From NCBI RefSeq assembly GCF_001194135.2, contig NC_068982.1, forward strand, positions 115,323,065-115,387,064: a stretch of DNA of 64,000 nucleotides, written 5' to 3'. Of this stretch, positions 53,901 through 64,000 are shown in pieces; the stretch's first letter is position 1; each line of letters begins with the position of its first letter. Below the pieces are notes generated by a model, which had not been told where the DNA came from, did not search any database, and saw nothing but the letters and a program-made list of their open reading frames with translations. A program made the translations under genes and the position numbers. This stretch comes from Octopus bimaculoides (Eukaryota).

Positions 53901-56900
53901 GCACATCTGTGTCATGTAGTAAATGTAGGACATTTATGTTGTATAATATTTCACAATTAAATGATAATATATTTAGAGTGTTTGAATTTTCAAAGATTTC
54001 AGAATCACTAGGTGGCCTCTGGGACACCCCATAAAATGCTTGGAAAAATAGCTAGCATGGAGCTTGCCTTTTACATGACAAGATTCTTCAAACATATATA
54101 CATGTTTACCTGTGTGCTATACACACTTATGAATTATTGCATTACATTCCCAAAAGGCCTTGCAAAAAGCTTGTATGCATATGTAAATTAACTGATATAT
54201 ATATATATATATATATANNNNNNNNNNNNNNNNNNNNNNNNNNNNNNNNNNNNNNNNNNNNATATATATATGCACAACTTTCATACACACAAAAACAGAT
54301 ATGTATGTACACACATGAATACAAAACGAAATCTGAACTTGTTGCCTCTCATGGGAAAATTGACAAGACTTTGCTGATTGGTGACATACTGTGTATGACA
54401 GAACCATCCAACTAGGTTAGCCAAAACAAATAACACGAGTGTATATATGGCATCATTTTATACATCCATGTCCAAGCTGCCAGAAGTCTACATCACCAGC
54501 TTCTTTGATAGTATCACATCCCTCAAATACAGGTTAGGTTATCTACATCCACCTCCATGTCCCTCAAACTATCAATGCCTTTATCTCTTATGCCCCTACT
54601 GCTCATCTCTCAATTACACCCTACACTTTTCAATCACATTGTTCTACCACCGTGCTGCCAGTGTGACTAACAACGGCACTGCATCTCCTCTTTTCATTGT
54701 ACAGAGTTTCCAGAGTAAATAAGGATGCTACTCCATCTCCCTTACTCACATCAATATACTAGGCACCTGTCGTCCTTGTCACTCTAGCAGTCTTATCTAT
54801 CTTGAGTCACCAGAAGTCTCTTCAACATGATTCACAATAGATATCCTACCTATACAACTCCACTGCCTAATTGCTATAAATATCCATTATTCAGCCTCAC
54901 CATTTATCCACTCCTTGCTGTCCATTCACATGTTCACTCTATTGTGTTTAGTATGGAGACAAAAAGACTTCAGTTTTAAACAATTTGCTCGCTCTGTAAA
55001 TTGGTGTTAGGAAGAGCATCCACAAATCAAGTCATTAAATAAAACTTGTGAATAGGATGTAGTAAACTAGCCCATCATGAAGTTTATCAACACCAGTTCA
55101 ACCCATCCCAGCAAAGAAAGCTGACATAATAAAGTTGTGTATGTGTGAATATGATTTTACATACAAATACACACAAACATCATTTTAATGTCCACTTTCC
55201 CATGCTTGCATAGAGTTCTAGACAAGTTTTCTATGGTTGGATGCCCTTCCCTTTGCCAACTTTTACTCATTTCCAAGTACACAAACATATACTTGCAGAC
55301 AATGACTTTGGGCTGCCCAAGGAGCTATCACCTGAAGCACCACTGAGGTCCTGTGATAGGCAAGTGAACTTTTTAACCACACACGTGGTGTGTATGTGTA
55401 TAGTGATAAAGGGTTTAAGAAATCCAGATGAATATCTCAGCACTCCAAAGAAAGAAAGAAAAAAACGGTCTGAGAGGATGTCAAGTGAAGATGGGTCATT
55501 CTACACAAACTCTAAGTTCAACAAGATTCACCAATCAATTGTGTTAATTGTAAGAGTATAATAACAATCAGACTAAAAAAATTACATTGTTACATAATTT
55601 TATTCAAAGGTTATGATTGCTTTGAATGGCTAGAGGAACTTCAGTAAATGGAAGTTGTAGATAACTAAAATATCAAATTACCTTCTTTGATTTAATATAA
55701 AACTTTCCAATGCTATCATACCCAATGACGAGCATAGCAGAATAGAATTACAAGGGTATCAAGTCACAAAAGTTAGAGTTATAGATCAGAATGGATGAGA
55801 TGTGTTCAGAAGTACTCTTGATGCCCCTTTTTCTTGTAAAACAGTTGCAGATGTATTTAGTTAAGTAAGCCAGTGTATGTGGCATTCACTGACTTGGAGA
55901 AAATCATCAATAGGGTCATATTAGCTGTGATATGGTGGTCACTGAAGAAGTCAGATAAATGGTATGGTAGAGCCATACAGGGATGCTTTAGTCAGTAATG
56001 TACAACAATGAATTTAATTCACCAGGAGACCCCCTCCTATTCACCATGGTCCACAAGGCCATAAAAAAGAACTTTAAGATCAGTTGCCTTCGGTAACAAC
56101 CACATACTGATGACTTCATAGTGGAAAATATAGTAGAATTAGAAAAGGAATACCTGGAATCAAAGGGCCTTATGAAGTTAACATAGCAAAGACCAAAATT
56201 CTAGTTGGCAGGAAAACAGACAAGACTCTACTCCCTTCAGGAAAATAACCCTAATCAATGTGTAGGAAAGGCATAGGCATAGGTAGAAATTCCATATGGT
56301 GTATTCAGTGCAAGTAATGGAGCCAAGAAAAGCAGTGGAATCGGAGAAAGGGTGAGAGAAGAAGACTATGAGGCAGATGTGAAGAAGCAACAAATACTAT
56401 GAACACCTGGGAAAGATTTTCAGAATGCCCAGGATGTAATAGATAATTTCTATTACATAGGTAATCTAATAAGCAGAGGATGTTCTGGAATAAAAACAGA
56501 AAGGAAAGTTCAGGAAGCTTTTACAAAGGGTCTTTTTCTCTGATGAAATGTACATTGTATATGAACACATTATGTAGTTGTGGAGATGGGAATGCAGAAA
56601 GGAACAGAATACTCTGTAGGATGTGCAATGTCAGTGTGTATTTAAGTAGTGAAGGATGATAAAGATGAGACAAAGGACTGAGATGATAGTCAATTTGCTG
56701 AGCCTAAGAAGACCCATCCAGCACAGTAAAAGTGAGACCCTAAAAGTATTATGTTTATACACTTACTGTCCCCTGTTCCTGCTCCCAATCTGTCCCTACC
56801 AAGCCCTCACTACTTCTCAGCTTCTAGCATCCATTTCTCTGTCAGTCTTCTAACTAGCTGCTGTAATCATGAGAGCAGAATTTGCACAGAATTCATTCCT

Positions 56901-59900
56901 TTTAGTACAACTAGTTAACTCTTCTTAGAACAACTTATGTAACTCATCCATGTGCATCACATGACTAAACCATTAGTCTTCTCTCAAGCACATATCTGAT
57001 TCCTCTTATGCCTAACTATTCTTTCAATACAAAATATAAAAAGCTAATTAAGCCTTACTTTTACAGCATGGAGTACTTTACACTCAAGGAGGTGGAATAA
57101 AACTAAAATGAATAGAAACATCAAAGTTGTGTTCTTTATCTTCATCATTTCAGGTTTTATGCTGGTATGGGTTAAATCTATGTATATATGTAAAGAAAAA
57201 CAAATTGGACCCAAACCTATAATAAAGGAAAACAGGCTCATGCAAGCATAGAAAAATGGTTGTTAAGATGATATTTTATTTGTATCTGTTTAATTTATAT
57301 TGTATTTTGCAGTTAATGAAGCTTCTATAGCTGTTTGCATTTTTTTGCTTTTGGAATTGTCAATTAGTATATCCAATTTCATTTTGCATACATTATGAGG
57401 TGTGACATGACCTTGTTGCAAATGCATCTCCAGCTGATGTATAGAGGCTCTGTATTTGAGTGCCTAATGTAATAATGGGTTCGAATTTTGGCACAAGCCC
57501 AGCAATTTTGGGGGAGGAGGTTAATTTAATCCCATCAACACCAGTACTATTCGAACAACATAAAGATGAACAAAATGCTACTAAACATTTTGTCCAATGT
57601 TCTAAAGATTCTGCCACCCTGCTGCCTTGAGTGCCTAATGTAATAATAATAATCTCTTACTATAAAAAAAAAAATTTTTTTAAAAAGCTGGCAGCTATAA
57701 AATAATGACCCAATTATGTCTTTGTCCAATCCATGCTAGCATGGAAAGAAGAAAGCCATCAATATGTCTAATTTATTAGCATGTGAAGCTTCTTGAAAGT
57801 TATTCCGAAATTTAAATGAAATACTTATGCATATGCCTGAAGACATGCAGAATGGCAATATTTAAGCAGAAGCATATTAGCTCATTTGTTACTATGGCAG
57901 CCATGGATGGCCGAGAATTTTATTGGTGAATGTTGCCAATTCAACCAATAATGGCTGAACTAACCTAGTTATATTTAAATGAAAATTTCAGTGCAACTCT
58001 TGTTAGTACATTCGTGAAAACATAATTTCACAATGTAAAATGAGTCAGTGTCCAAAATTATTTCATATTATATCTGAGTCCTGCAAATTTTTGTAGTTTT
58101 TTTTTTTTTCCCCTATTTTTTTCTACTTCGATTTTCTAGGATGTTTCACTATGAATGAAAACTGGATGCCAGTTTCATGTTGTCAAGCAGTGAGTTTGAA
58201 TCCGAAGTATTTGCAAAAGAAAACATAGGAAAGTCTAAGAAAATATAAGGCAAACATAAAAACCACATGTGTGATTATGAATCAGATATTTCTTTTTGGA
58301 AAGCAAAACAATTCTGACAACAGTTCCAATAATGATTGAAAAAATTAAAAAAATTGTACCTGAATATAGTAAAAATCTTTTTAAAATGTTTATCTTTACC
58401 AGGTGGTGCTATTAAGTTAGGCATGGCCTAGATCTATACTGGCCGAAAGTTACCTTTTCGGTTATTATATATTTTTTTTTTTTTACTTTTGCCTTTGAAG
58501 CAATTACTGTGGAAGCAAGACATTATGTAGAATATAAAGATGAAAAAAAATATAGTTTGAAGTTTCCCACATACTTGGAAGAAAGAAATCCAATTATCTT
58601 AGGGATATTGTGTGTTTGTGTGTGTAATTCAATTTCAATAATTTTGTTGAATTTACCTTTAATTAGATTTGCTTTGAGACAAAAATTATGAAACATTTGG
58701 TAAAAGAATTTTTTGTTAAATTATGTTCCAAAAATCACAATGGTTGTCTTGAAAGTGGTCTTATTACACTATTTTAGAATTTAATAGAAACATTGAAATA
58801 TGATTAATTTCAGAGATATGACTGGGTGCACCCCCACCCCATTCATCTTTTCCAACAGGAGAACAATCCCTCACAATCATGTGTAAAATGTACATAACTA
58901 CTGCAACCCCCAACCCTGAGCCTACTATATTTCTCTCCATCATTTGCTACAGTCACCTCTATCCTACTGACTCAACCAGTCCAAACCTGTGTCACTCCAC
59001 TTATTCTCATCACACGAAATTCCTCAAGTTCATGTCCTGACACATCATCATCTTTCTAACTATTCCTACCTTACTCTCTAACTGGAGTATCCATGTATCT
59101 ACTCTACAATAAGACACATCCCTGTTCCTCTAAACTCTTGACATCTCATCAACTGGTACAAAGCCAACCCACTCAACAATACTCTCCCCTCCTCCCTTGT
59201 AAGTTATTTGGTGACCCTGTCAGTGATGGGGCCATGTAAAAAGCACGTAGTACACTGTAAAGTGGTTGGGCTAAGAAAGGAATCCAGCTGAAAATGTTTA
59301 GTTTCCATACTAGCATAGATTGGTTGTCCAAGTCAGTTTATATCAGAGTTGGTACCCTTGAAGATGGGTCAGAGACCTGTACCTCACTTGAACATTTTAC
59401 TTTTGGCTTGGTATCCTCAACTAGGTGGCCTTTCTATGGTTAACAACTTCACACTGTCCTAGGATCATGTCCATAAAATTAGTGAGATTGCATTGTACCC
59501 TTATCACTATGATGCTTTCACTCACTCCAGGTTAAGTGGCTGAGATGAATAGAAGCAAGAGAGATGACAGAAGAATCAGGTGGATGAGGGGAGCAAGAAT
59601 GTGATGTTATTAGCCTAAAATACAATAGTTATATGGGAGGAGCTGATCAAACAAATCAGATGAGCCATTACCTGGTTGGTAATGACTAGGTGGTGATACA
59701 TGGTTTGGTATATAGTAAACAAGAATATTGTGAATATGTTTTTACTGTATATCAAATCAGGAAGGGATCAAAAGCAATTCGACCATCTGCAATTCTAAGT
59801 AGATGCACCAATGGAATTGAAGATAAATTATCCATCGAAAAAATAACTGTTGGGGAAAAAGGCAAAAGCCTGCCAGAAGTACATCTCACTGACTTCAGCC

Positions 59901-61228
59901 TATCTCCATCAAATAAAAAATCTGTGCACTGAATGCCAACATTAGAAAAGGGAAGCTCCAGTGAACAATCACTTGAAACAACTGTTTTAGTGTGCATTCT
60001 GCAAGGTTCTGCATTATGCAGAGTGAGATATATTGTAAGTTTCCATAACAGGAGGAATGTATAATTTGTATTTAGTTAATTTTGAGTTTTATAAAATACT
60101 TTTTCAAATTTAGTATTTATTTATTTATTTATTCTATTTACTTGTAAGCTGAGTGACTACTTCTGATTAATTTATATTTGTGAATAATTATTGCATATGT
60201 ATGCATTCATGTGTGTGGATAGTTTTTGTAGTTTTCTTTAGTCCTCAGTTCCAATATTTTGTTGTATTTTTACCTTTATGGTACACCTGTTTTATGTATA
60301 TTTTTAGTTGAATTGAAAATTCTATAATATGCACAATTCTTCTGTATTGAAATGTATACCCAGCTTCAAAAACAAAGTTCATAATTTTACAATTTGCTGA
60401 ATTTACCTGTAAGCTGATTCACTTAAAGAGAAATATTACATAATGGATTTTGAAACTTTTTGTGCTCCAAAAATCATGTTCGCAAGTCAATAGATAAAAA
60501 TGTTATAGCTGTTTATGAAATTGGTCTAAATTCATGACTATTTTAGAATTCAATTGAAACACATGGGGTGTCTATTTTCGTTAGACTATAGTAACGAAAG
60601 GACTTAAAAAAAAAAAAATGAACCATCAGACAAAGCAATTATAAAAAAATTTTTTAAATGAGGTATAAATGAAATGTCATGAAGTTATCTTATTTTCCAG
60701 TTTACAATGTTACAGCAAAGGATTTAAGAAACTAAGACGATTAGGTAAACCAAAAAAAAAAAAAGACAACAACAAAAAAACCCCTTAAATTCACAAAGCA
60801 AAATAATGAAATCATCCCCATTTCAAATAAAATTGCACAAATAAGCTTGACTTAGAACTATTGTTATAAGTTTCTTATTTTGCTCTGATAAAATCACATT
60901 ACATACACAAAAAAATCTTTATAAAACTAGCTAAATGTCCAACCATAACTATTTTCAATCAATTTTAATCTACATAAGTATTTGAAGAATTTTGCCCAAT
61001 TAAAGTCTACAAGCAATTACAATGAAATATTTAATTGTTGCTTCTTCAGAAAATAAGTTGCTTTGTGCTGAACAGTAATATAGTTTCGAAAATATTTCAT
61101 AAAATCAAGCCATGAATATTAAGGACAAAAAAATTTTTATATGAATACTTACCATATCCAGCTCCATCTTCAAAGGGTCTCTTGATACCCTGTCCATCTC
61201 CAGCAGGTTGGTTTATTTTGGCGGCAAT
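19176..61228 (-). CDS. FUBP1-like: Far upstream element-binding protein family gene (FUBP1/KHSRP/FUBP3 co-ortholog, Psi-like); 18 coding exons, 5'-incomplete (exon 1 outside window)
   Basis: Manually spliced exons give an uninterrupted 734-aa frame: N-terminal IAAKI...KRPFEDG, four KH domains with IGKGG loops, an RG-rich KH3-KH4 linker, a Pro/Gly/Gln-rich tail and two Tyr-rich boxes ([26 protein letters not shown]). All introns are GT-AG with matching phases. Confidence 0.97.
20480..21720 (+). mobile_element. Decayed RTE-clade LINE reverse-transcriptase fragment
   Basis: [17 protein letters not shown] (cf. KAPGxDGIPAE), IPQNWRD..I, ETQC, later [11 protein letters not shown]; many stops. Confidence 0.75.
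21921..22211 (-). CDS. FUBP1-like: FUBP exon (291 nt, phase 1-1): first Tyr-rich box ([13 protein letters not shown]) and Gln/Pro low-complexity tract
   Basis: ORF 21913-22266; ttttccag acceptor, CTG|gtgagt donor; CAA/CAG-rich. Confidence 0.96.
23476..23576 (-). CDS. FUBP1-like: FUBP exon (101 nt, phase 2-1): [34 protein letters not shown]
   Basis: ORF 23405-23608; cattacag acceptor, gtaaat donor. Confidence 0.93.
23677..23861 (-). CDS. FUBP1-like: FUBP exon (185 nt, phase 0-2): Pro/Gly/Ala-rich [16 protein letters not shown]...[10 protein letters not shown]
   Basis: gttttag acceptor, AG|gtatg donor; open frame of 61 codons + 2 nt. Confidence 0.94.
23960..24117 (-). CDS. FUBP1-like: FUBP exon (158 nt, phase 1-0): [53 protein letters not shown] (KH4)
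   Basis: ORF 23933-24136; ttttag acceptor, gtaagt donor. Confidence 0.97.
24212..24416 (-). CDS. FUBP1-like: FUBP exon (205 nt, phase 0-1): RG/RGG-rich linker and KH4 start ([14 protein letters not shown])
   Basis: ORF 24195-24386; ttttcag acceptor, AAG|gtaat donor. Confidence 0.97.
25020..25190 (+). mobile_element. tRNA-head SINE 5' fragment; an oppositely oriented family fragment lies at ~25600-25720
   Basis: gagttcagtctcattgtgtggcaccttggacaag matches the head of the SINE at 33478-33840. Confidence 0.6.
26769..26778. other. Assembly gap (10 N)
   Basis: Run of N. Confidence 1.
26878..26978 (-). CDS. FUBP1-like: FUBP exon (101 nt, phase 1-0): [34 protein letters not shown] (KH3 end)
   Basis: ttctgtag acceptor, gtaagg donor; DDG..PE...IMGPPD family motif. 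Confidence 0.96.
27480..27582 (-). CDS. FUBP1-like: FUBP exon (103 nt, phase 0-1): [34 protein letters not shown] (KH3)
   Basis: cctcctag acceptor, CAG|gtatg donor; KH GxxG motif (missed by the ORF track). Confidence 0.97.
28950..30070 (+). mobile_element. Decayed RTE-clade LINE reverse-transcriptase fragment
   Basis: [34 protein letters not shown] (cf. IIPIHKKGD..C.NYRGISLLS..GKVY), FVDL, EFANDIV (FADD position), LKYFG. Confidence 0.88.
30718..30819 (-). CDS. FUBP1-like: FUBP exon (102 nt, phase 0-0): Gly-rich KH2-KH3 linker [13 protein letters not shown]10[12 protein letters not shown]
   Basis: actgtag acceptor, gtaagt donor; GGN-repeat tract, in frame. Confidence 0.92.
31060..31488 (+). 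mobile_element. Interspersed SINE-like repeat with internal tandem duplication and (GAT)n tail
   Basis: Duplicated gatcgttgccagtgcccctggactggct blocks; ttaggaagggcatccagctgtagaaac core; ends aaacgatgatgatgat. Related copies at ~32915-33035 (+), ~34790-34920 (-), ~52100-52230 (-), ~55180-55300 (-). Confidence 0.75.
31500..31784. mobile_element. Fold-back (MITE-like) element with ~135-bp inverted arms and a 15-nt loop
   Basis: Arms 31500-31633 and 31649-31784 are reverse complements at roughly 90% identity; this explains the mirror-image ORFs in the track. Confidence 0.9.
31962..32012 (-). CDS. FUBP1-like: FUBP exon (51 nt, phase 0-0): [17 protein letters not shown] (KH2 end)
   Basis: tattttag acceptor, ATG|gtaagt donor. 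Confidence 0.94.
32104..32202 (-). CDS. FUBP1-like: FUBP exon (99 nt, phase 0-0): [33 protein letters not shown] (KH2)
   Basis: ttgttacag acceptor, gtaagt donor; VKMVMIQD...DKPLRITG motif. Confidence 0.97.
32330..33975 (+). mobile_element. Decayed piggyBac-like non-autonomous element hosting two nested SINEs; related copies at ~57880-58830 and ~60050-60605
   Basis: Ends aaacccttgcattac ... gtaacgaaaaggTTAA; internal blocks (gtgattatgaatcaga, aattagatttgcttt.agacaaaaatt, gttccaaaaatcac) recur in the other copies. Confidence 0.55.
33478..33840 (-). mobile_element. Near full-length tRNA-derived SINE
   Basis: Head ggctgtgtggtaagaagc (A-box-like) and gttcagtccc (B-box-like), cac...gcaccttgaacaag core, 3' tail gaaaccaataaaagat. 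Confidence 0.75.
34249..34417 (-). CDS. FUBP1-like: FUBP exon (169 nt, phase 2-0): [12 protein letters not shown]...[24 protein letters not shown] (KH2 start)
   Basis: ORF 34222-34431; tatttag acceptor, gtaagt donor. Confidence 0.97.
35778..35835 (-). CDS. FUBP1-like: FUBP exon (58 nt, phase 1-2): [19 protein letters not shown] (KH1 end)
   Basis: ttttcag acceptor, AG|gtatc donor; DSGGLPxRxCxLTG family motif. Confidence 0.96.
36625..36868. repeat. Unidentified ~245-bp element, copy 1 (paralog at 39416-39662)
   Basis: Direct alignment: two highly similar blocks separated by a more diverged middle. Confidence 0.85.
38400..39900 (-). mobile_element. Fragments of CR1/L2-like LINE(s), rearranged
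   Basis: 39690-39900 reads KQYAPDL..LTKLFNL...PKKGKPS...YHPISL (RT N-terminal motifs); C-terminal-like remnants at ~39000-39400 and ~38400-38800. Confidence 0.7.
39320..40112. repeat. Perfect 199-bp inverted repeat (39320-39518 / 39914-40112), 395-bp spacer
   Basis: Base-by-base reverse-complement identity by eye; both outer and inner boundaries sum to 79432. Confidence 0.92.
41811..41894. repeat. (TG)42 microsatellite
   Basis: Direct reading. Confidence 0.97.
43888..44322. mobile_element. piggyBac-like MITE (435 bp) containing a (TA)n tract
   Basis: 12-bp perfect TIR CCCTTATCCTGC (43888-43899 / 44311-44322); flanks ATAA (left) and TTAA (right). Confidence 0.75.
44388..44459 (-). CDS. FUBP1-like: FUBP exon (72 nt, phase 1-1): [24 protein letters not shown] (KH1 GxxG)
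   Basis: tttttttag acceptor, CAG|gtagg donor; classic KH1 sequence. Confidence 0.97.
49536..49720 (-). CDS. FUBP1-like: FUBP exon (185 nt, phase 2-1): [23 protein letters not shown]...[12 protein letters not shown] (start of KH1)
   Basis: ORF 49522-49737; ttttctag acceptor, gtaagt donor. Confidence 0.95.
49985..50024 (-). CDS. FUBP1-like: FUBP exon (40 nt, phase 1-2): [13 protein letters not shown]
   Basis: ttgcag acceptor, AG|gtaa donor; GAQL motif; phase joins both neighbours. Confidence 0.88.
50812..51020. mobile_element. Decayed piggyBac-like MITE
   Basis: Begins TTAA|cccttctgatacc; right end degenerate. Confidence 0.45.
51569..51610 (-). CDS. FUBP1-like: FUBP exon (42 nt, phase 1-1): [14 protein letters not shown]
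   Basis: tttctttcag acceptor, gtaagt donor; resembles the PDAKK..ND family motif. Confidence 0.88.
54218..54260. other. Assembly gap (43 N) inside a (TA)n microsatellite
   Basis: Run of N flanked by TA repeats. Confidence 1.
55700..56760 (+). mobile_element. Decayed RTE-clade LINE reverse-transcriptase fragment
   Basis: AFTDLEK...IWWSLKK, TDD at the YADD position, [15 protein letters not shown]; frameshifted. Confidence 0.75.
57477..57626 (-). mobile_element. 150-bp SINE fragment flanked by a 21-bp direct repeat (probable TSD)
   Basis: ttgagtgcctaatgtaataat at 57456-57476 and 57627-57647. Confidence 0.7.
61153..61228 (-). CDS. FUBP1-like: FUBP exon (first in window, 76 nt, phase 0-1): [25 protein letters not shown]
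   Basis: tcag acceptor and gtaagt donor; matches the IAAKI...KRPLEDG N-terminal family motif. Confidence 0.92.
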
Positions 61229-63699
61229 CTGATGAATAGCAAAATTAATGTTATACATATTTGGCATACTTTAAAAAATACAACAAATTAAAACATTTTT
61301 ATACATGTGTGTGTATATGTGCAGACATGGTTATATAGTTAAGTTTGCATTATATATAGAGAGATAAAAACATACAGGCTCTGTGATATCCTCAACACCC
61401 TATCTAATACATGTTTCAACCTGTGCTAAATTGCACTTCCAACCAGCACTCACCCCGGGTTACCGTTACGAGCTCAAGACTGGAGATTTCAAAATGTTGA
61501 TTGTCTCTAAATGTTTATTTCGCTGCCATTTCTGAAAACTATGCCTGAGCCAACACACTAAAAAGTAGACCAAAAGCTTAATGGCATTCTGGAATTGGAA
61601 CATTTGCATAAATGGTAGGTGAACAGTGTCAAAATTTTACTAGTCAAAAACTCCCAAATTGTATATTAAAAAAGAAAAAGCTTGAAAATGTTGATTTAAA
61701 AAAGAAAAAGGATATTTTTTAATCCAAAGGAAAGAAAGAGACTAAAGTATGGGTTTTATTCAAACTGTGGGGATTTGGGAGAGGGGGAACTTTGTTGTTA
61801 GCAAATTTATCCGGAAGAAGTTACTTGACAAGAACTACAATGCAGAAAACCTAATTCATATCTAGCCCTTAGATTTGGATTTAATATAATTAAGGTATCA
61901 ACTTCTTTCATAGGTTCTTCCACATGTCTAAAGGAGCATTATCTTGTAGAATGTCCTCTTAGAATGCAATTTTGACACCATGGTAGAGCTCGTTTCTGTA
62001 GCTGGTTAACTTCATCACACAAAATCCTGGTTAATGTGTCTTCTTGAACTTGCACATAGTATGTGTAATGCTGATCTAATTTTGTTCTGCTTGAAGGAAT
62101 AGACAAAGCCCAGTACATTATACTTTGGTAATGTTTAACACTGATGTGATCATTAGTATTAAGGGTTATGAGAATAGTGGCTGAGTGTCAAAAAATTTCA
62201 ACTTCCTCTGATCCGCTTTTTTTATTCTTTCAATTTAATATGTACAGCACTGAGACTTCACAATGATCTAGAATGAGACTTCAAGCTTTAAAAAAAAAAA
62301 AAACTTTTTAAGATTATATTAGTCTAATAAATTAAGATATAGATCCGTTTCTTATATTCTGTACACATAAGTTATTTATGTGAAACCCAAAATGGAAAAC
62401 CAACTCTATTTCTGCCATAAAATCATAAAGATCTGAGGCATTTTACCAATATCAAATGAATAACCATCACCATCTGTACCAATACAAACATATAAACCTT
62501 ATTTTATTTCAGAAGTTCTTGTCTGCAAAAATTACAGTAAGCATTCCATTTCAATATTCTACTTGCAGTTTAATTCTATCATCTAAGTATTCATTTTGAA
62601 AAAATTGCTACAGGTGACTACAACCATCTCATTACAACTTTTGTCTTTCAAAATTACTCGATGCATTTGAATCTTTCACTTGCAAAGATTGATACAGACA
62701 TCAGAGTTGGCTATTTTCTACCGTCTTGTAAGGGATTGTTTATGTTACATTACAAAAAGTATACACTTATTACAAAGACAGTATGCTACTAGACTAAACT
62801 ACTGAGCAACCCAACAAGTTTTGTTACTGTGAAATCCAGGTATATTTGACAGTTCAATTATCTCCTTAGTTTGCCAAACTGTGGTGTCAGAATATCAAAA
62901 TATCTACTCAAGATAGGTCAAGTTACTTTTATACTTTACCCTCTCTCATCACTTCACATCTCTGCACATCTATTCTTCTTCAGTCATAAGGACCACTTTC
63001 AGCTTTAATCCTGAAAATTTCAAGATGCCCTCTTTATAGTTGGTGCCACACACAAAAGCACTCTAGAAAGTGGTTGGCATTAGGCAGTGCATGAAGCTTT
63101 AAAAGCTGTGCCAATACAGATATTGGAGCACAATAAAATCCTTTAACAACGGATCTTATCAAGCTGTCCAACCATGCATTTTGCTATGCTTGCATGGCCT
63201 GATGCCCTTCTCGTTGCCAACTCTCAAATGGTTTCACCTAAGGTAATAATTCCTTAAGTCCTTGAAACAAGCAACCTATCCGTCAAAATATTGCAAACAA
63301 ATGACACTGCTTGTATGACTGGTAGCTTGTTTACAATTATCATACAAATATCAAGATGAGGGCAAGGCACACAGGCATACAAATGACAAGTTTTCTACCA
63401 ACATCTTTGCAGCAAACTGAAGTAACAGGGATATAAAGATGAGCACAAAGCTGGGGGAAGGAAGAGAGAAAAATGAAACATCTGTAAATGTATATATTAT
63501 AAAGATCGTTGAAACGGACTAATGCAGTTAGATAGACAAATAAATAAATGGATGAAAAAGTTCAAAATTTAAAATTGGAGGAGGGGCGAAATTTGAGCCC
63601 TTTATTAAACTTTATAACATTAATTATTAAACAATGTTTGAAATGATCCATTTCTAAATCTGAGAGAGACTTAAGCAGCAGTGTTACGATAAAGTAGTT

Positions 63700-63900
63700 G
63701 TATACTGTCAACTTAATGTGACAGTCAGGGACATGTCCCTGAATGCAGGCTAAGCTGGCTGGAGGTGCTTGTCTCCCCCTTGTAAACACAAGGACACAGG
63801 AAATGTGTCAAGGCCGACTGGAAGCGGTCCAGCTTCCTAGGGCTAAATAGCAGTAGTATGATTCCCTTATTAGGACTGTCACGTTAAGTTGACAGTATAC
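63700..63900. mobile_element. MITE with 27-bp TIRs (possibly Tc1/mariner-type, TA-flanked)
   Basis: gtatactgtcaacttaa(t/c)gtgacagtc at 63700-63726 and its reverse complement at 63874-63900, one mismatch. Confidence 0.8.
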
Positions 63901-64000
63901 TACTTTAAACAATGTTTGTTTCTCATAAATGATTTACTTTCTATTAAATTTCGATTTGTACATGTTCGTCAATACGCTACGATATCTTTAAAGTAAACAA

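Noticed and set aside
59690-60040. 80-aa ORFs on both strands with exon-like plus-strand boundaries
   Set aside because: All three plus frames contain stops across the segment; no domain recognised; adjacent to a decayed DNA element
61229-64000. Search for FUBP exon 1 (ATG...ALQRARQ) and promoter
   Set aside because: Not found in this interval; presumed beyond the window edge
1-64000. CRISPR arrays, rRNA or true tRNA genes, prokaryotic systems
   Set aside because: Eukaryotic intron-rich DNA; no regularly spaced repeat-spacer arrays; tRNA-like motifs are only degenerate SINE heads

Overview
AT-rich animal genomic DNA, not prokaryotic. The repeat content (tRNA-head SINEs, RTE and CR1-like LINEs, long TA/TG microsatellites) resembles octopus/cephalopod DNA; this is inferred from pattern recognition, not a search. 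The window is dominated by one minus-strand gene of the FUBP1/KHSRP/FUBP3 (Drosophila Psi) family of four-KH-domain RNA/ssDNA-binding proteins. I traced 18 GT-AG coding exons from 61228 to the stop at 19176-19178. All splice phases are compatible, giving 2205 nt = 734 aa + stop. Exon 1 and the promoter lie beyond the right edge. Introns carry decayed LINEs, SINEs and MITEs, while ~7-19 kb downstream of the stop is repeat-poor and probably a long 3'UTR. The best candidate for an undescribed system is a 3'UTR processing module at 17.4-19.1 kb. It has a donor 43 nt after the stop, a strong acceptor, twin donors ~1.25 kb further on, and internal AATAAA signals. A 14-bp perfect long-range complement would juxtapose the two ends of the UTR exon. 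This could be an NMD/poly(A)/alternative C-terminus autoregulatory switch, but that is a hypothesis. Also notable are a perfect 199-bp intronic inverted duplication, an unexplained duplicated ~250-bp intronic element starting at a 5' splice-site motif, and a ~135-bp fold-back near a KH2 exon. Repeat boundaries are approximate unless TIR/TSD coordinates are given.
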